Positions 47,308 to 58,313 of a stretch of DNA of 64,000 nucleotides are shown here, piece by piece. Location: positions 64,809 to 128,808 of the forward strand of contig JAJHRG010000001.1 of assembly GCA_020832905.1 (NCBI GenBank), written 5' to 3'. The notes beneath the pieces are model-generated. The model ran no database searches. It worked only from the letters and a program-made list of their open reading frames with translations, and was not told where the DNA came from. This DNA comes from Thermoproteota archaeon. Its GTDB lineage: Archaea; Thermoproteota; Methanomethylicia; Methanomethylicales; Methanomethylicaceae. The translations under genes and the position numbers were made by a program. Within the stretch, counting starts at the first letter, position 1. Each line of letters starts with the position of its first letter.

Positions 47308-50300
47308 CATAAATTCTTCTAATGATATTATCCTTCTCTTATTCTTAATTAGATCGTTTAAACTTCTCTCAATAAGCTCTATTTCTTGTTTTATAAAGTT
47401 ATCAAGATTAAATTCCTTAGCAAGAGAGTATGAAATATTAAGATATTTACTTATATTTCCTTCATGAACAGATAATACTAATTCATTATTACACTTTATA
47501 CATCTTCCCTTTAATGGAATTCTCCTATATTTTGCACCACATCTTGTACATCTAAATTTTTGAGTAAGAAATGCTCTAAAATTACCTACTAAATCAGGTA
47601 TAAAATGATGTTTTAATAATCTTTCTGCTACATCTTTTGCATCAACAGCACGTATTTTTATTGCTAAATTAAGTTGCTTCCTTACTTTTTCTTCCATATT
47701 TCTTATTTTATCATATTCTGTAACTAAAGGACCAGTATTTATATCATGATTATATATTGAAAAGTTTAAATTAATATACTGATCTTGTTTTCCTAATTTT
47801 TTCTTAACTATTTCTATAAACTTTAGAGCTTCACTTGGACTACTATATTCTTCACATAATGAATAAAATTCCAATGGTAGTCTTTCTACAACTTCAATAT
47901 TATGGCATTCATCATCTACTTCTGATGGGTCAATTATTACTGTTAATACTAATGGAGCATCCATTAATCCTCCTACTTTTTCTGGTAAGTAATGTCTAGA
48001 GAAATCTATTAATGCTTGTAATGCTAACATTATAGCATCTTCATCTCCATCACAATTTCTTCTCTTTGCAGCATGCCAAAATGGATGTGCATAACATACT
48101 GAGGCCTTCGTAAAGCCTATTATTCTACCTATAACTCCTGCAGAAGTATGAGGTGCTAATCCAATTACAAGATGACCTACTAAATCTTTATAACTATTAA
48201 GTCTATAATATGGTTCTAAACCATAAACCTCTTTTAAAAGTTCATCAACATAATTTGCTACTCTATATAAATACTTTGCACAACTTTCTGGTATTATAAT
48301 ATCTTGAACTTTAAGTTCTAATATCTGATCTTCACTTTTTAATTCATTACCTTTATAGTCTTTTGTATAGCCTAATTCTTTAAGTTTTTCTATACTTACT
48401 CCAATTTCTGATGGTTTAAAATGAGTTAAAGGAGCATTTGTTATATCGTATCTTATAGTTCCGTCTTTATAAATGAAAACTTTATGTTTACATCTTAGAA
48501 TTCCTTTTTCTATTATTTCTGGAATCTTTTTGGAATTACTTAGTCCTTTTACTCCTTTAATTACACTATCCTTACTAACACCAAATCTAGATAATTTTTC
48601 AAAGAAATCACTTATGGTAATTATTCTTTTATTATATGGAAGTATCTTAACTCCACATTTTTTACATACATCTTTTTCATAATAACTATTACAATTTTGA
48701 CAATAGTAAATTTGAATAGTTCGAATATTACATTTTCTACAAATATTTTCATAAGTTATCATATTACAGTTAGGACATTTTTTAAGTACAATTTCTACTT
48801 CTATCTCTCCTAATTGCATAGCTTTTACAATATTTCTTTGTGAACCACCTGCTAATCCTACTGGAAAGAGTACATGAACAGGTGGTTTCATGACCCTTTC
48901 TTTAGCTTTCTCAGGTCTTCCCATTCTAGCTCCTATAAAGGATCTTCCTTTAGCTTTTATTTTAATTCCACAACACTTACTAAGATATTCAATACTATCA
49001 CTAATTTTTTCATCATTAAGAATATTTTTAGAAGAAAATAAGGTCTCAATAATTTTTGAATCTTCAAAAGTTATTGTTTTTTCTTCTTTATTATATTTAT
49101 GTGGAATACATGCTTTTTCTAATATCTTCTTTAAGATTTCATTTTTTAAAGGAACCTTAGAATAATCCTTAACATTTCTTAACCATTCTTGAAGAACTTT
49201 TATTTCTTCAATACTTATATTCTCCCAAAAATAAGTGTATCTAGGATGTAATGGTATTTCTAATTTTTTGGAAATAATTAAAGCTTCTTCTTCATTTGGT
49301 TTATATAATAATGGATTATCAATAAATTCTTTTAATCGTTCTTTACTAATACCTAGTTCTATTGCTACTTTTTCAATATTTCCTTCTACTTTTCTTCTAA
49401 GTTCTTCTGCCCAAATTTCTTCACAATATCCTGGTGGCATTAATCTATGATTATTTTCTAAAAATTCTCCTATAGCAACTAACATATCTCCAAGAAAGAG
49501 GATTTCTTCAACATTATCTTTTACTTTTTTTGCAATTTCAACATTTTCTACTCTTATTACATCTCCATTCTTTAACTTAACAATTGGGCCTTCAATAGTA
49601 TCTACTGGTGTTATAGTTGCACTTTTTCCTGGTCTTTCTATTCTTAATTGAGTACCTATTGCAATAAAACTTTCTAATATAATCATAGTTGCTGGATTAA
49701 TTCCAACTGCAGCAAGTCCTGTATTTCTTGCACGGCCATATCTTAATCGAAATCCTCCAAATCTTGATGGATGTGAAAATATAGGTCTTCCTCCTACAAC
49801 ATCTACTAAATATTTATCATCAGGTTGGATTTTATTTTGATTTTCTTCATTTTCCTTAAATTTTATATTTAACCAACTCCAATCAAGTCCAATCTTTTCT
49901 ACAATCTTCTTTAGTTTTTCAGCTTTACCATAAATTCCATCATTTATAACTCTTAGAGCTCCTCCTCTTACATAATTTGTTTCTATTCTTTCAAGATTTC
50001 TATAAACTGAGACTTGATATTTATCTGTTGGAGGACCAGTTACCTCAACAGGTAAATAGCTTAGTATTCTCCTTAATTCATCATCTGATGGATGATACTG
50101 AAATCTTCCTACTTTTCTTTCATATAATCTTATTTCTTCAATAAATCTTCCTATTTCTTCATTAGTGATCTTATATCTATCTAAATGAAGAAGAATTCTT
50201 ATATAATCACCAAATACAACAGTAAGTGCTTGTTCAGTACCACCTGCAGACCTCATAGGTCCTGCATAGTATATTGCAAGATACTTACTTCCATCAAAAT

Positions 50301-50685
50301 TTCTTTTGATTCTAACACTTTCTATTCCTTGTAATGGTGCAGCAGTAATTCCCTCTGTCATAATGGCTAATGCTGCTCTTAAAGCTTTATCAGCAGCTAC
50401 TTCATCATTAAATTTACCAAATTTACCATTTATTATATCTTCTATTATTTTAAATGCAACTTCTTCTCTTGAAAATTTCTCTTTTAATTCTCTAATTCTT
50501 TTTCCTATTCCACTAATTCCAATTAATCCCTCAACTCTTGCAGCTAAATCTTCAGCTTTATAAATTTCAACATAAGGTTCAGGATCAAGTCCTTTACTTC
50601 TTGCTTTATTTGCAATTTCATATAGTTTATTTACATGATTAATTATATCATAAAAGTATTTCTGAGTATTAGCATCACAAATCAT
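47299..50685 (-). CDS. polC: DNA polymerase D large subunit (DP2), no intein
   Basis: RSAGGT, GGFRLRYGR, RMGRPEK, HAAKRRNCDGDED, C-terminal Zn finger. Confidence 0.98.
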   Translation of the reverse strand: MICDANTQKYFYDIINHVNKLYEIANKARSKGLDPEPYVEIYKAEDLAARVEGLIGISGIGKRIRELKEKFSREEVAFKIIEDIINGKFGKFNDEVAADKALRAALAIMTEGITAAPLQGIESVRIKRNFDGSKYLAIYYAGPMRSAGGTEQALTVVFGDYIRILLHLDRYKITNEEIGRFIEEIRLYERKVGRFQYHPSDDELRRILSYLPVEVTGPPTDKYQVSVYRNLERIETNYVRGGALRVINDGIYGKAEKLKKIVEKIGLDWSWLNIKFKENEENQNKIQPDDKYLVDVVGGRPIFSHPSRFGGFRLRYGRARNTGLAAVGINPATMIILESFIAIGTQLRIERPGKSATITPVDTIEGPIVKLKNGDVIRVENVEIAKKVKDNVEEILFLGDMLVAIGEFLENNHRLMPPGYCEEIWAEELRRKVEGNIEKVAIELGISKERLKEFIDNPLLYKPNEEEALIISKKLEIPLHPRYTYFWENISIEEIKVLQEWLRNVKDYSKVPLKNEILKKILEKACIPHKYNKEEKTITFEDSKIIETLFSSKNILNDEKISDSIEYLSKCCGIKIKAKGRSFIGARMGRPEKAKERVMKPPVHVLFPVGLAGGSQRNIVKAMQLGEIEVEIVLKKCPNCNMITYENICRKCNIRTIQIYYCQNCNSYYEKDVCKKCGVKILPYNKRIITISDFFEKLSRFGVSKDSVIKGVKGLSNSKKIPEIIEKGILRCKHKVFIYKDGTIRYDITNAPLTHFKPSEIGVSIEKLKELGYTKDYKGNELKSEDQILELKVQDIIIPESCAKYLYRVANYVDELLKEVYGLEPYYRLNSYKDLVGHLVIGLAPHTSAGVIGRIIGFTKASVCYAHPFWHAAKRRNCDGDEDAIMLALQALIDFSRHYLPEKVGGLMDAPLVLTVIIDPSEVDDECHNIEVVERLPLEFYSLCEEYSSPSEALKFIEIVKKKLGKQDQYINLNFSIYNHDINTGPLVTEYDKIRNMEEKVRKQLNLAIKIRAVDAKDVAERLLKHHFIPDLVGNFRAFLTQKFRCTRCGAKYRRIPLKGRCIKCNNELVLSVHEGNISKYLNISYSLAKEFNLDNFIKQEIELIERSLNDLIKNKRRIISLEEFMSQ

Positions 50686-51275
50686 AATGTTACCTCCAAT
50701 AAATTATATACTAAACTCATTCCTAGTGGTAATATAAAATTATCATCAAATTTAAAATCTACAATATCAAAAATAAAAAAACTTATTCCTAGTAGTATAG
50801 GAGTAGTAATCACATGAATGGAAAGTAATAAGTTAAGTAATATATATGAAATAAAAGTTACTGTTATCATACCCAAAAAACTTCCCTCTATGGTTTTATT
50901 TTTTATTCTATGCTTTCCTAATGCTATTCCACTAATTGCTGATATTGCATCTCCAATTAATGCTGATGTAATACCTATGATAATTGAATTTCTTGAAAAA
51001 AAGAAAACAATAATTAAAGCAGCTACACAAAAGTATATATATGATGCTAATGCAGTTTTTTCAAAACTTCTTATTATTTCTCCTGAAATCCTATTTAAGG
51101 GGAATAAAATAGGTGCTCTTATTCTTATAAATTCAAGAAAAATAAAAATTAATAATAATATTGAAAGATAAAAAATTGTTAAATCTTTTCCAAATAGAAC
51201 ATATATTATAGGTACTAGTACTCCTAAAATATGAAAAGTTTTTCTTACTAGTTCTTTTTTAATAGCTTTTTGCAT
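50682..51275 (-). CDS. CTP-dependent polyprenol/phytol/diacylglycerol kinase-like membrane protein
   Basis: RKTFH, GDAISA..G, KTIEGS, DDNF. Confidence 0.8.
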   Translation of the reverse strand: MQKAIKKELVRKTFHILGVLVPIIYVLFGKDLTIFYLSILLLIFIFLEFIRIRAPILFPLNRISGEIIRSFEKTALASYIYFCVAALIIVFFFSRNSIIIGITSALIGDAISAISGIALGKHRIKNKTIEGSFLGMITVTFISYILLNLLLSIHVITTPILLGISFFIFDIVDFKFDDNFILPLGMSLVYNLLEVTL

Positions 51276-52017
51276 TCACTCCTTCCTCAATACCATCTAC
51301 AATATCTTTTAATAACTCTATATTATTTTCTAAAATTGTTCCTGTTACTATTATTTCAGCACCTGCTTTTGCTAGTTCTTTTGCTTGTTCTTTATTTTTT
51401 ATTCCTCCTCCAACTATTAAATGACTCTCATCTAACATTTCTCTAACATTTCTAACTATATTTGCTGGAATAGGCTCACTTGCTCCTGATCCTCTTTCAA
51501 GATAAATAAATCTCATACCCATATATTGAGCAGCAAGTGCATACATTGTAATAATCTCTGGTTTATCTATAGGTATTGGATTTGCTTGACTTACAAAACC
51601 AGCAGTTCCTCCTGGACTTATTATAATGTATGCAAGAGGAATTGCTTCTAAATTATATGATTTTATTATTCTTGCACTTATTGCTTGTGCTCCAGTTATA
51701 TAATAAGGATTCGAAGAATTTAAAACAGATAAGAACCATATAGCATCTGCATATTTAGAAATACTTGCAATATTTCCAGGAAATATTATAACTGGAAGAT
51801 CGGATCCATCTTTTAATCCCTTTATTATTTCATCTAATTTTTCACCAAGATATGTAGAACCTCCCACCATTATTGCTGTAGAACCTGCCTCCTTAATTAT
51901 CTTAGAAAGATACTTGGAATCTTCTGGATTACATTTTTCAGGGTCTATTAATGCAATATGAATACATCCTTTTTCCTTAATCTTAGATACTAGGTATTTT
52001 TCAACTCTTCTTAACAT
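51259..52017 (-). CDS. Geranylgeranylglyceryl phosphate synthase
   Basis: LIDPEK, MVGGST, FPG, YLERGSGA, VGGGI. Confidence 0.94.
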   Translation of the reverse strand: MLRRVEKYLVSKIKEKGCIHIALIDPEKCNPEDSKYLSKIIKEAGSTAIMVGGSTYLGEKLDEIIKGLKDGSDLPVIIFPGNIASISKYADAIWFLSVLNSSNPYYITGAQAISARIIKSYNLEAIPLAYIIISPGGTAGFVSQANPIPIDKPEIITMYALAAQYMGMRFIYLERGSGASEPIPANIVRNVREMLDESHLIVGGGIKNKEQAKELAKAGAEIIVTGTILENNIELLKDIVDGIEEGVNAKSY

Positions 52018-52275
52018 CTATTTTTTCACCACTCCATAATATTTATCAATGAACTTACCATAAGCATCAACAATATCTTCAACTTTTGTTATCTCTACTG
52101 TATCTGAGAGATTACATCTTCCACATTTTACTATAGCAACTCTTACTTCTTCGTTTTCTTCTTTATTAATAGATATAGTAAGATTTTTTCCTCCACAATT
52201 TGGACATACAAATATCTTAGGTAAAGTCTTCTTAACCTTTTTTACTATTACTTTTTTTCTTCTTCTTCCTCCCAT
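52018..52275 (-). CDS. elf1: Transcription elongation factor Elf1
   Basis: MGGRRRKK...F.CPNC...CGRC...VDAY..FID. Confidence 0.9.
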   Translation of the reverse strand: MGGRRRKKVIVKKVKKTLPKIFVCPNCGGKNLTISINKEENEEVRVAIVKCGRCNLSDTVEITKVEDIVDAYGKFIDKYYGVVKK

Positions 52276-52280
52276 AGAAC

Positions 52281-53339
52281 TCAGCCTATCTTTATTTTAC
52301 TCCATTTACTAACTATTATCTCTAAACCATCTACTCCAATTTTTGAATAACATCCATCTATTAATATTTTTGTTCCTTTTTTAACATTATAACTATATAA
52401 TAATTCAGCTTTATCTCCCCAAAAAATTACAGGAAGTGTAAAATCATCATCTTTTAAGATAATTTTAGCAAATTTTTTTCCTGTTTTTGTTTCTCTAAAT
52501 ATTGGATCATCATCAATTATGCCTTCAATGACTAGATTTTCCATATTTGGCTTTATATCTTTTAATTTATTTATATTTATTGGTATAGATAATATTTTTT
52601 CACAAGAAATTTTTACATCATTTTCATTATCTACATATATTTCAATATTTTCTCCAATATTTCTTATTCTTCCTCCTATAATTTCTACATAACATCCTTC
52701 AATTATTCTATGTAGAAATTCATCTGATGGATTCCAGATAAAAACTTTAATGTAGTTTTCTTCACTTTTTAAAATAAAATGCATTACTCTTCCTTCACTT
52801 CCATCTCTTTTCTTATATTTAACTAAATCATAAATTTTCCACACAATACCCTTGTATGTTTTTTCACTAATTATTTGAATTTCTCCTTTACTTCCAATAT
52901 GTACTTCTAGTAATCCATCAAAACTCTCTCTCGTATATGCTTGTTTTATTAAGATTTCTGTGCCTGGCTTAAGCTTATGTAGAAACTCTGCTTTATCATT
53001 CCAGACTACTAGAAGAGCTGAACCACTATCATCCCTTATAATAGCTTTTCCAATTTTTCCCTTTTCATTATCTTTCTTAATAAACTCTTTTACACCAAAT
53101 ACTCTGTCTACAGTCACAATTAATGTCACATTTTTCATCATTGGTACTAAATCTCCTATCTTAACCTTTATATCAGGCTTGAATTCTGATAAAGTAACTC
53201 CATAATCCTTTGCTATTAAATAAATTGCAACTTCATCATCTATTAAATAACCTAAGCTTTTCTTTTTCTCTTCAATAAGTTCTTTTAATTCTTTTTCACT
53301 TTTTCCTGTGATTTTCATTAAGTAGTCACTAATATTCAT
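52281..53339 (-). CDS. Multi-OB-fold ssDNA-binding protein (RPA-like)
   Basis: N-terminal helical domain, then repeated OB folds (D.SG...VVW, IFW). Confidence 0.8.
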   Translation of the reverse strand: MNISDYLMKITGKSEKELKELIEEKKKSLGYLIDDEVAIYLIAKDYGVTLSEFKPDIKVKIGDLVPMMKNVTLIVTVDRVFGVKEFIKKDNEKGKIGKAIIRDDSGSALLVVWNDKAEFLHKLKPGTEILIKQAYTRESFDGLLEVHIGSKGEIQIISEKTYKGIVWKIYDLVKYKKRDGSEGRVMHFILKSEENYIKVFIWNPSDEFLHRIIEGCYVEIIGGRIRNIGENIEIYVDNENDVKISCEKILSIPININKLKDIKPNMENLVIEGIIDDDPIFRETKTGKKFAKIILKDDDFTLPVIFWGDKAELLYSYNVKKGTKILIDGCYSKIGVDGLEIIVSKWSKIKIG

Positions 53340-53360
53340 TCACGATCACACTAATACTTC

Positions 53361-53747
53361 TTAAATACTTTCTTTCTTCCATTCATTAATAAGTCTTGCA
53401 TAATCATCATCTGGTACTTCATAAACTTCATACTTTCCAGTTTTTTCAGCTATTGATTGTGCAATTATATGATAACATGTCTTACATTTTCTCCTTATAA
53501 CAACATTTATATAAAATTCATTACATTGACAATACATATTGGGAATTACAAAGTATTCTCTTTTCTTTCCTACGACTATCCATACTACTCTATTACTTGG
53601 CTTGAATATATACTTCTTTACCGATAGGGAATTAACTGCTTCTATTGCTTTTCTTAATTTTTCTCCATTTTCTTTCATTTCTTCTTTAATACTCACATAA
53701 TTGAAATATGAGAAAGAAAAATAAATACTTCTTTCATTTATATCCAT
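53361..53747 (-). CDS. SWIM zinc-finger protein (true start probably downstream, e.g. GTG 53696)
   Basis: YCQC.EF...CYHIIA. Confidence 0.8.
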   Translation of the reverse strand: MDINERSIYFSFSYFNYVSIKEEMKENGEKLRKAIEAVNSLSVKKYIFKPSNRVVWIVVGKKREYFVIPNMYCQCNEFYINVVIRRKCKTCYHIIAQSIAEKTGKYEVYEVPDDDYARLINEWKKESI

Positions 53748-53765
53748 TTATTGTGGTGTTAATAA

Positions 53766-55136
53766 TTGAAATTTGATGTTGGAATAGTTGGTGCAGGACC
53801 TGCTGGAATGTTTGCAGCATATGAAATTGCAAATAAAAGTAAGCTCTCTGTAGTAGTAATAGATCAGGGCTATGATGTAGAAAAACGAGTATGTCCAGTA
53901 CAAAACTATAAAAAATGTACAAAATGTTCAATTTGTAGTATAATGAGTGGAGTAGGTGGAGCAGGTACATTATCTAGTGGTTTATTAAATCTTAGACCAG
54001 ATATAGGAGGTAATCTTCTAGAATTTGTTGATGAAAATGAAGCTAATAACTTAGTAAATTATGTGGACTCTATTTTTCTAAAATATGGTGCACCTGAGCA
54101 TGTATTTCGTGGAGATACTGAGGAAGCTATGGAATTACAAAGAAAAGCAGCATCTGTTGGAATTAAATTTATACCAATTACTCAACGTCATATAGGAACT
54201 GATAGAGCTCCTTTGGTTATAAAGAATTTTAAAAAAGATTTAGAAAAATTAAATGTAAAATTTCTTCTTGAAACTAAAGTAGAAGATGTAAGAAAAAATC
54301 AAATAATATTAGAAGATCATAGAATTATTGAATGTAAGTACATATTATTAGCTCCAGGAAGAGTTGGAGCAGATTGGGCTAAAAAATTAGCTCAAAGACT
54401 TGGTATACCAACAAAACCAGAACCTATAGATGTTGGTGTTAGAGTTGAAGTACCAGCATTTGTAATGGATCCTGTAATTGCTGTAAGTAGAGATCCAAAA
54501 TTTCACATATATACTGATACATATGATGATTTTGTAAGAACATTTTGTGTAAATCATCGTGGTTTTGTTGTTAAAGAAGTATATGATAGTTTTGTTGGTG
54601 TTAATGGACACTCAATGGCTGGTAAGCTCTCAGAAAATAGCAATTTTGCTCTTCTTGTAAGAATAACTCTTACAGAACCTGTTGAGGATACCACTGCCTA
54701 TGGTATGTCTATTGTACAACAAGCTACTATACTTGGTGGTGGAGAACCATTAATACAAAGATTAGGTGATTTAAGAATGGGTAGAAGATCTACATGGAAT
54801 AGAATATCTCATAGTCATATAGTTCCTACTCTAAAATCTGCTACTCCAGGTGATATAGCTATGGCAATGCCACATAGAATTGTTTCTGATATACTTGAAG
54901 CTTTAGAAAAACTAGATGAAATAATACCTGGTGTAGCCTCATCTTCTACATTACTTTATGCACCTGAAATAAAATTCTCAGCAAATAGATTTCAAGTTAA
55001 TAAGAACTTTGAAACACCTGTTGAAAATATATTTGTTGCAGGAGATGGTGTAGGACTTTCTCGAGGTCTAGTGTGTGCAGCTGCAACAGGTATTCTTGCT
55101 GCACGAGGTATTCTTAGAAAAGAAGGAATTATTTAA
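53766..55136 (+). CDS. FAD-dependent oxidoreductase (conserved, function unknown)
   Basis: GAGPAG Rossmann motif, Cys cluster, GVGGAG, HIGTD, GDGVG.SRG. Confidence 0.87.
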   Translation: MKFDVGIVGAGPAGMFAAYEIANKSKLSVVVIDQGYDVEKRVCPVQNYKKCTKCSICSIMSGVGGAGTLSSGLLNLRPDIGGNLLEFVDENEANNLVNYVDSIFLKYGAPEHVFRGDTEEAMELQRKAASVGIKFIPITQRHIGTDRAPLVIKNFKKDLEKLNVKFLLETKVEDVRKNQIILEDHRIIECKYILLAPGRVGADWAKKLAQRLGIPTKPEPIDVGVRVEVPAFVMDPVIAVSRDPKFHIYTDTYDDFVRTFCVNHRGFVVKEVYDSFVGVNGHSMAGKLSENSNFALLVRITLTEPVEDTTAYGMSIVQQATILGGGEPLIQRLGDLRMGRRSTWNRISHSHIVPTLKSATPGDIAMAMPHRIVSDILEALEKLDEIIPGVASSSTLLYAPEIKFSANRFQVNKNFETPVENIFVAGDGVGLSRGLVCAAATGILAARGILRKEGII

Positions 55137-55148
55137 TTACTTTTGTTA

Positions 55149-55223
55149 TGGGGCTGCCCGGATTTGAACCGGGGTCACGAGGGCCCGAGCCTCGCAGTCT
55201 AGACCAAGCTAGCCTACAGCCCC
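55149..55223 (-). tRNA. tRNA-Pro(CGG), CCA not encoded
   Basis: GGGGCTG/CAGCCCC acceptor; CGAGG-CTCGGGC-CCTCG anticodon arm. Confidence 0.94.
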
Positions 55224-55296
55224 ATTTTCTATATATCTTTTATATATTCTTTCTACCTATATTTTTGTATATATTCCTAATTTATGGTGTAGTACG

Positions 55297-55995
55297 TTGG
55301 AAACAACTAAGGAATATCTACTAAAGAGGATAATAGGTGAAATAGTACTATCTGATATACCTGGTGAAGCTATGAGACGTTGGAGAGAGATTTTTGGAAT
55401 TTCTCAATTAGAATTAGCAAAAAAAATGAAAGTTTCTCCTTCTGTAATAAGTGATTATGAAGGAGGTAGACGAAAATCTCCAGGCTCTATATTTATAAAA
55501 CGCTATGTTAGTTCACTTATAGAAATAGATGAAGAAAAAGGAGGTAAAATATTAGAAAGATTTTCAGTAATATCAAAATCTCGTTCTGATGCTATTTTGG
55601 ATATTTGTGAATTTTCATCACCAATTGTATTAGAGAAGTTAGTAAAAGCAGTTGATGGTGAATTTATTGTATATGAAGAACTCTCATCAAAATATATTTT
55701 AGGATATACTGTAGTAGATAGTATAAAAGCTATTATGTCTATGTCAGGTTCAGATTTTATTCAGCTTATTGGTTCTACATCTGAAAGAGCAATAATATTT
55801 ACTAATACTTCTACTGGAAGATCTCCAATGGTGGCTATTCGTGTAGCACCTATTAAGCCATCAGCAGTTATACTACATGGCATAAGGAAATTAGATAAAT
55901 TAGCTGTAGAATTAGCTAAAATAGAAAGAATTCCTTTAATTATATCAAAAAAAGAAAATATTAAGGAACTTATTGATTCATTACATAGGATATAA
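55297..55995 (+). CDS. XRE-HTH transcriptional regulator with DRTGG-like C-terminal domain
   Basis: GEIVLS..PG...RWREIF...SVISDYEGGRRKSPG; TGRSPMVAIRV. Confidence 0.85.
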   Translation: METTKEYLLKRIIGEIVLSDIPGEAMRRWREIFGISQLELAKKMKVSPSVISDYEGGRRKSPGSIFIKRYVSSLIEIDEEKGGKILERFSVISKSRSDAILDICEFSSPIVLEKLVKAVDGEFIVYEELSSKYILGYTVVDSIKAIMSMSGSDFIQLIGSTSERAIIFTNTSTGRSPMVAIRVAPIKPSAVILHGIRKLDKLAVELAKIERIPLIISKKENIKELIDSLHRI

Positions 55996-56048
55996 TATTT
56001 TCGTTTTTTGTCGATTATAAAAATAGTCAAAAAACGAAAATATTATAT
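55990..56048. repeat. Perfect 21-bp inverted repeat with 17-nt spacer upstream of the mevalonate operon
   Basis: ATATAATATTTTCGTTTTTTG (55990..56010) / CAAAAAACGAAAATATTATAT (56028..56048). Confidence 0.88.
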
Positions 56049-56089
56049 ATCTACATTACTATAATTCTTAACACATATGTGGTGATAAC

Positions 56090-57151
56090 TTGAAGCCAAT
56101 AATAGATGTAGTTATATCTGGTTGGGGCTCATATATACCTATTTACAGACTTCCTGTTGAGGAAATTGCAAGAATTTGGGGCACATCAGTAGATCATATT
56201 AAACGTGAATTATTAATATACGAAAAATCTATTGCTGGAATTGATGAAGATGTTGCAACAATAGCTGTTGAAGCTGCAAAAAATTCTCTAAAAAGAGCAA
56301 AAATAAATCCTAGTGAACTTGGAGCAGTTTTTGTTGGAACTGAAACAAAGCCATATGCTGTAAAACCTACTGGTACTATAGTTGCTGAAGCAATAGGAGC
56401 AACTCCAAAAATATTAGCTGCTGATTTTGAATTTGCATGTAAAGCAGGAACGGAATGTCTTCAATGTTGTATAGCTCTTGTTGGATCAAATATGATAAAA
56501 TATGGAATGGCAATTGGTGCTGATGTAGCTGAAGGAGCACCTGCAGATCCACTAGAATATTCTGCAGGAAGTGGAGGTACTGCTATAATTGTTGGAAATA
56601 AAAATTATGAAAAAGAACCAGTAGCTCTACTTGAAGGTTCTGTATCTTATGTTACTGATACTCCTGATTTTTGGAGAAGACCAAAAGAAAGTTATCCTTC
56701 TCATGCTGAAGCTTTTACAGGAGATCCTGCTTATTTTAAACATACTATTTCTGCAACAAAATTACTAATGGAAGAACTTGGATTAAGACCTTCTGATTTC
56801 AAATATGCTGTTTTTCATCAGCCAAATGGAAAATTTCCATTAAGAGTAGCAAAGATGTTAGGTTTTAATAGAGAGCAAATAGAATGCGGACTTATTGTTC
56901 CATATGTAGGTAATCTTTATTCTGGCTCCTCATTAACTGGTTTTTCAGCTGTATTAGATATTGCAATGCCAGGTGATAGAATATTATTAGTAAGCTATGG
57001 TTCTGGTGCAGGAAGTGATGCTTTTAGTTTTATTGTACAAGATGGTATTATTGCTAAGAGAGATAATGCTCCAAAAGTTATGGATTATATTAAGAGAAAG
57101 AAAACAATTGATTATGCAATTTATTGTAAATTAAGAGGGAAAATTTGGTGA
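56090..57151 (+). CDS. Hydroxymethylglutaryl-CoA synthase
   Basis: [35 protein letters not shown]. Confidence 0.94.
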   Translation: MKPIIDVVISGWGSYIPIYRLPVEEIARIWGTSVDHIKRELLIYEKSIAGIDEDVATIAVEAAKNSLKRAKINPSELGAVFVGTETKPYAVKPTGTIVAEAIGATPKILAADFEFACKAGTECLQCCIALVGSNMIKYGMAIGADVAEGAPADPLEYSAGSGGTAIIVGNKNYEKEPVALLEGSVSYVTDTPDFWRRPKESYPSHAEAFTGDPAYFKHTISATKLLMEELGLRPSDFKYAVFHQPNGKFPLRVAKMLGFNREQIECGLIVPYVGNLYSGSSLTGFSAVLDIAMPGDRILLVSYGSGAGSDAFSFIVQDGIIAKRDNAPKVMDYIKRKKTIDYAIYCKLRGKIW

Positions 57152-57155
57152 GATC

Positions 57156-58313
57156 ATGAGAAAAGTTGCTATAATAAGTTATGGAATGACAAAAGTTGAT
57201 AGACATTGGAATAAATCCTTAAGAGATTTATTTAGTGAAGCTACTTTAAAGGCTTTAAGTAGAGTTGATATACCAAAAGTAGATGCTATATTTGTTGGTA
57301 ATATGTGTGCATCAGATTTATGTGATCAAAATAATATAGGAACTTTAATTGCAGATCATATTGGCATGATTTCAATTCCTGCATATAGAATAGAAGCTGC
57401 ATGTGGCTCAGGAGGTGCTGCATTACACTGTGGTTTTATGGCAGTAAGCTCAGGAATATTTGATATTGTTATAGTTGGTGGTGTAGAAAAGCTTACTGAT
57501 GGTACTGGGAAAAAAGTAACACTTTCTCTTGGAAAAGCAGCAGATTTTGAATATGAAGTTTTTTATGGAATTACTTTTGCAAGTTTAAATGCACTTATAA
57601 TGAGAAGATATATGGAAGTATATAAAGTACCAAGAGATGCTTTTGCTGATTTTGCTGTATTAATGCATAAAAATGGTGCAAAAAATCCTTATGCTCAATT
57701 ACAATTTGAAATTGATAGAGAAACTGTTTTAAAATCTGAAGATATCGCAGATCCAATAAAATTATATGATTGTTCTCCAATTGGTGATGGTGCAGCTGTT
57801 GTTATTCTTTGTCCATTAGAAGATGCTTCAAAATATAGTGATAGTTTTGTTGAAATAGCTGGAATAGGAAGTGCAACAGATACCATTGATATTGCATCAA
57901 GAGAAGATTTATTATTATTTAAATCAACTCTTATAGCAGCTAATAATGCTTATAAAATGGCAAAAGTTTCTCCTTCTGATATTGACTTAGTTGAAATACA
58001 TGATGCTTTTACTATAAATGCTGCATTATCTTTAGAAGCTTTAGGTTTTTCTAAAAGAGGTGAATTTGATAAACTTCTTTATGATGGTGCTTTTGAACCA
58101 GATGGAATAATACCAGTAAATCTAAGTGGCGGTTTAAAATCAAGAGGACATCCTGTTGGTGCTACTGGAGTTTATCAAGTAGCTGAAATTACAATGCAAT
58201 TATTAGGAGAAGCTGGAAAAAATCAATTAAAAAATGCTGAAATTGGTTTAGCTCAAAATATGGCTGGTGTTGCTTCTAATTCATTTGTAACTATATTAAG
58301 GAGGTATAAGTGA
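57156..58313 (+). CDS. Acetoacetyl-CoA thiolase
   Basis: EAACGSGG, DCSPIGDGAA, EIHDAF, GHPVGATG; between HMGCS and DUF35. Confidence 0.93.
   Translation: MRKVAIISYGMTKVDRHWNKSLRDLFSEATLKALSRVDIPKVDAIFVGNMCASDLCDQNNIGTLIADHIGMISIPAYRIEAACGSGGAALHCGFMAVSSGIFDIVIVGGVEKLTDGTGKKVTLSLGKAADFEYEVFYGITFASLNALIMRRYMEVYKVPRDAFADFAVLMHKNGAKNPYAQLQFEIDRETVLKSEDIADPIKLYDCSPIGDGAAVVILCPLEDASKYSDSFVEIAGIGSATDTIDIASREDLLLFKSTLIAANNAYKMAKVSPSDIDLVEIHDAFTINAALSLEALGFSKRGEFDKLLYDGAFEPDGIIPVNLSGGLKSRGHPVGATGVYQVAEITMQLLGEAGKNQLKNAEIGLAQNMAGVASNSFVTILRRYK

Noticed and set aside
47299-50685. Intein in PolD DP2
   Set aside because: The usual insertion site AKRRN-CDGDED is contiguous and the length is normal
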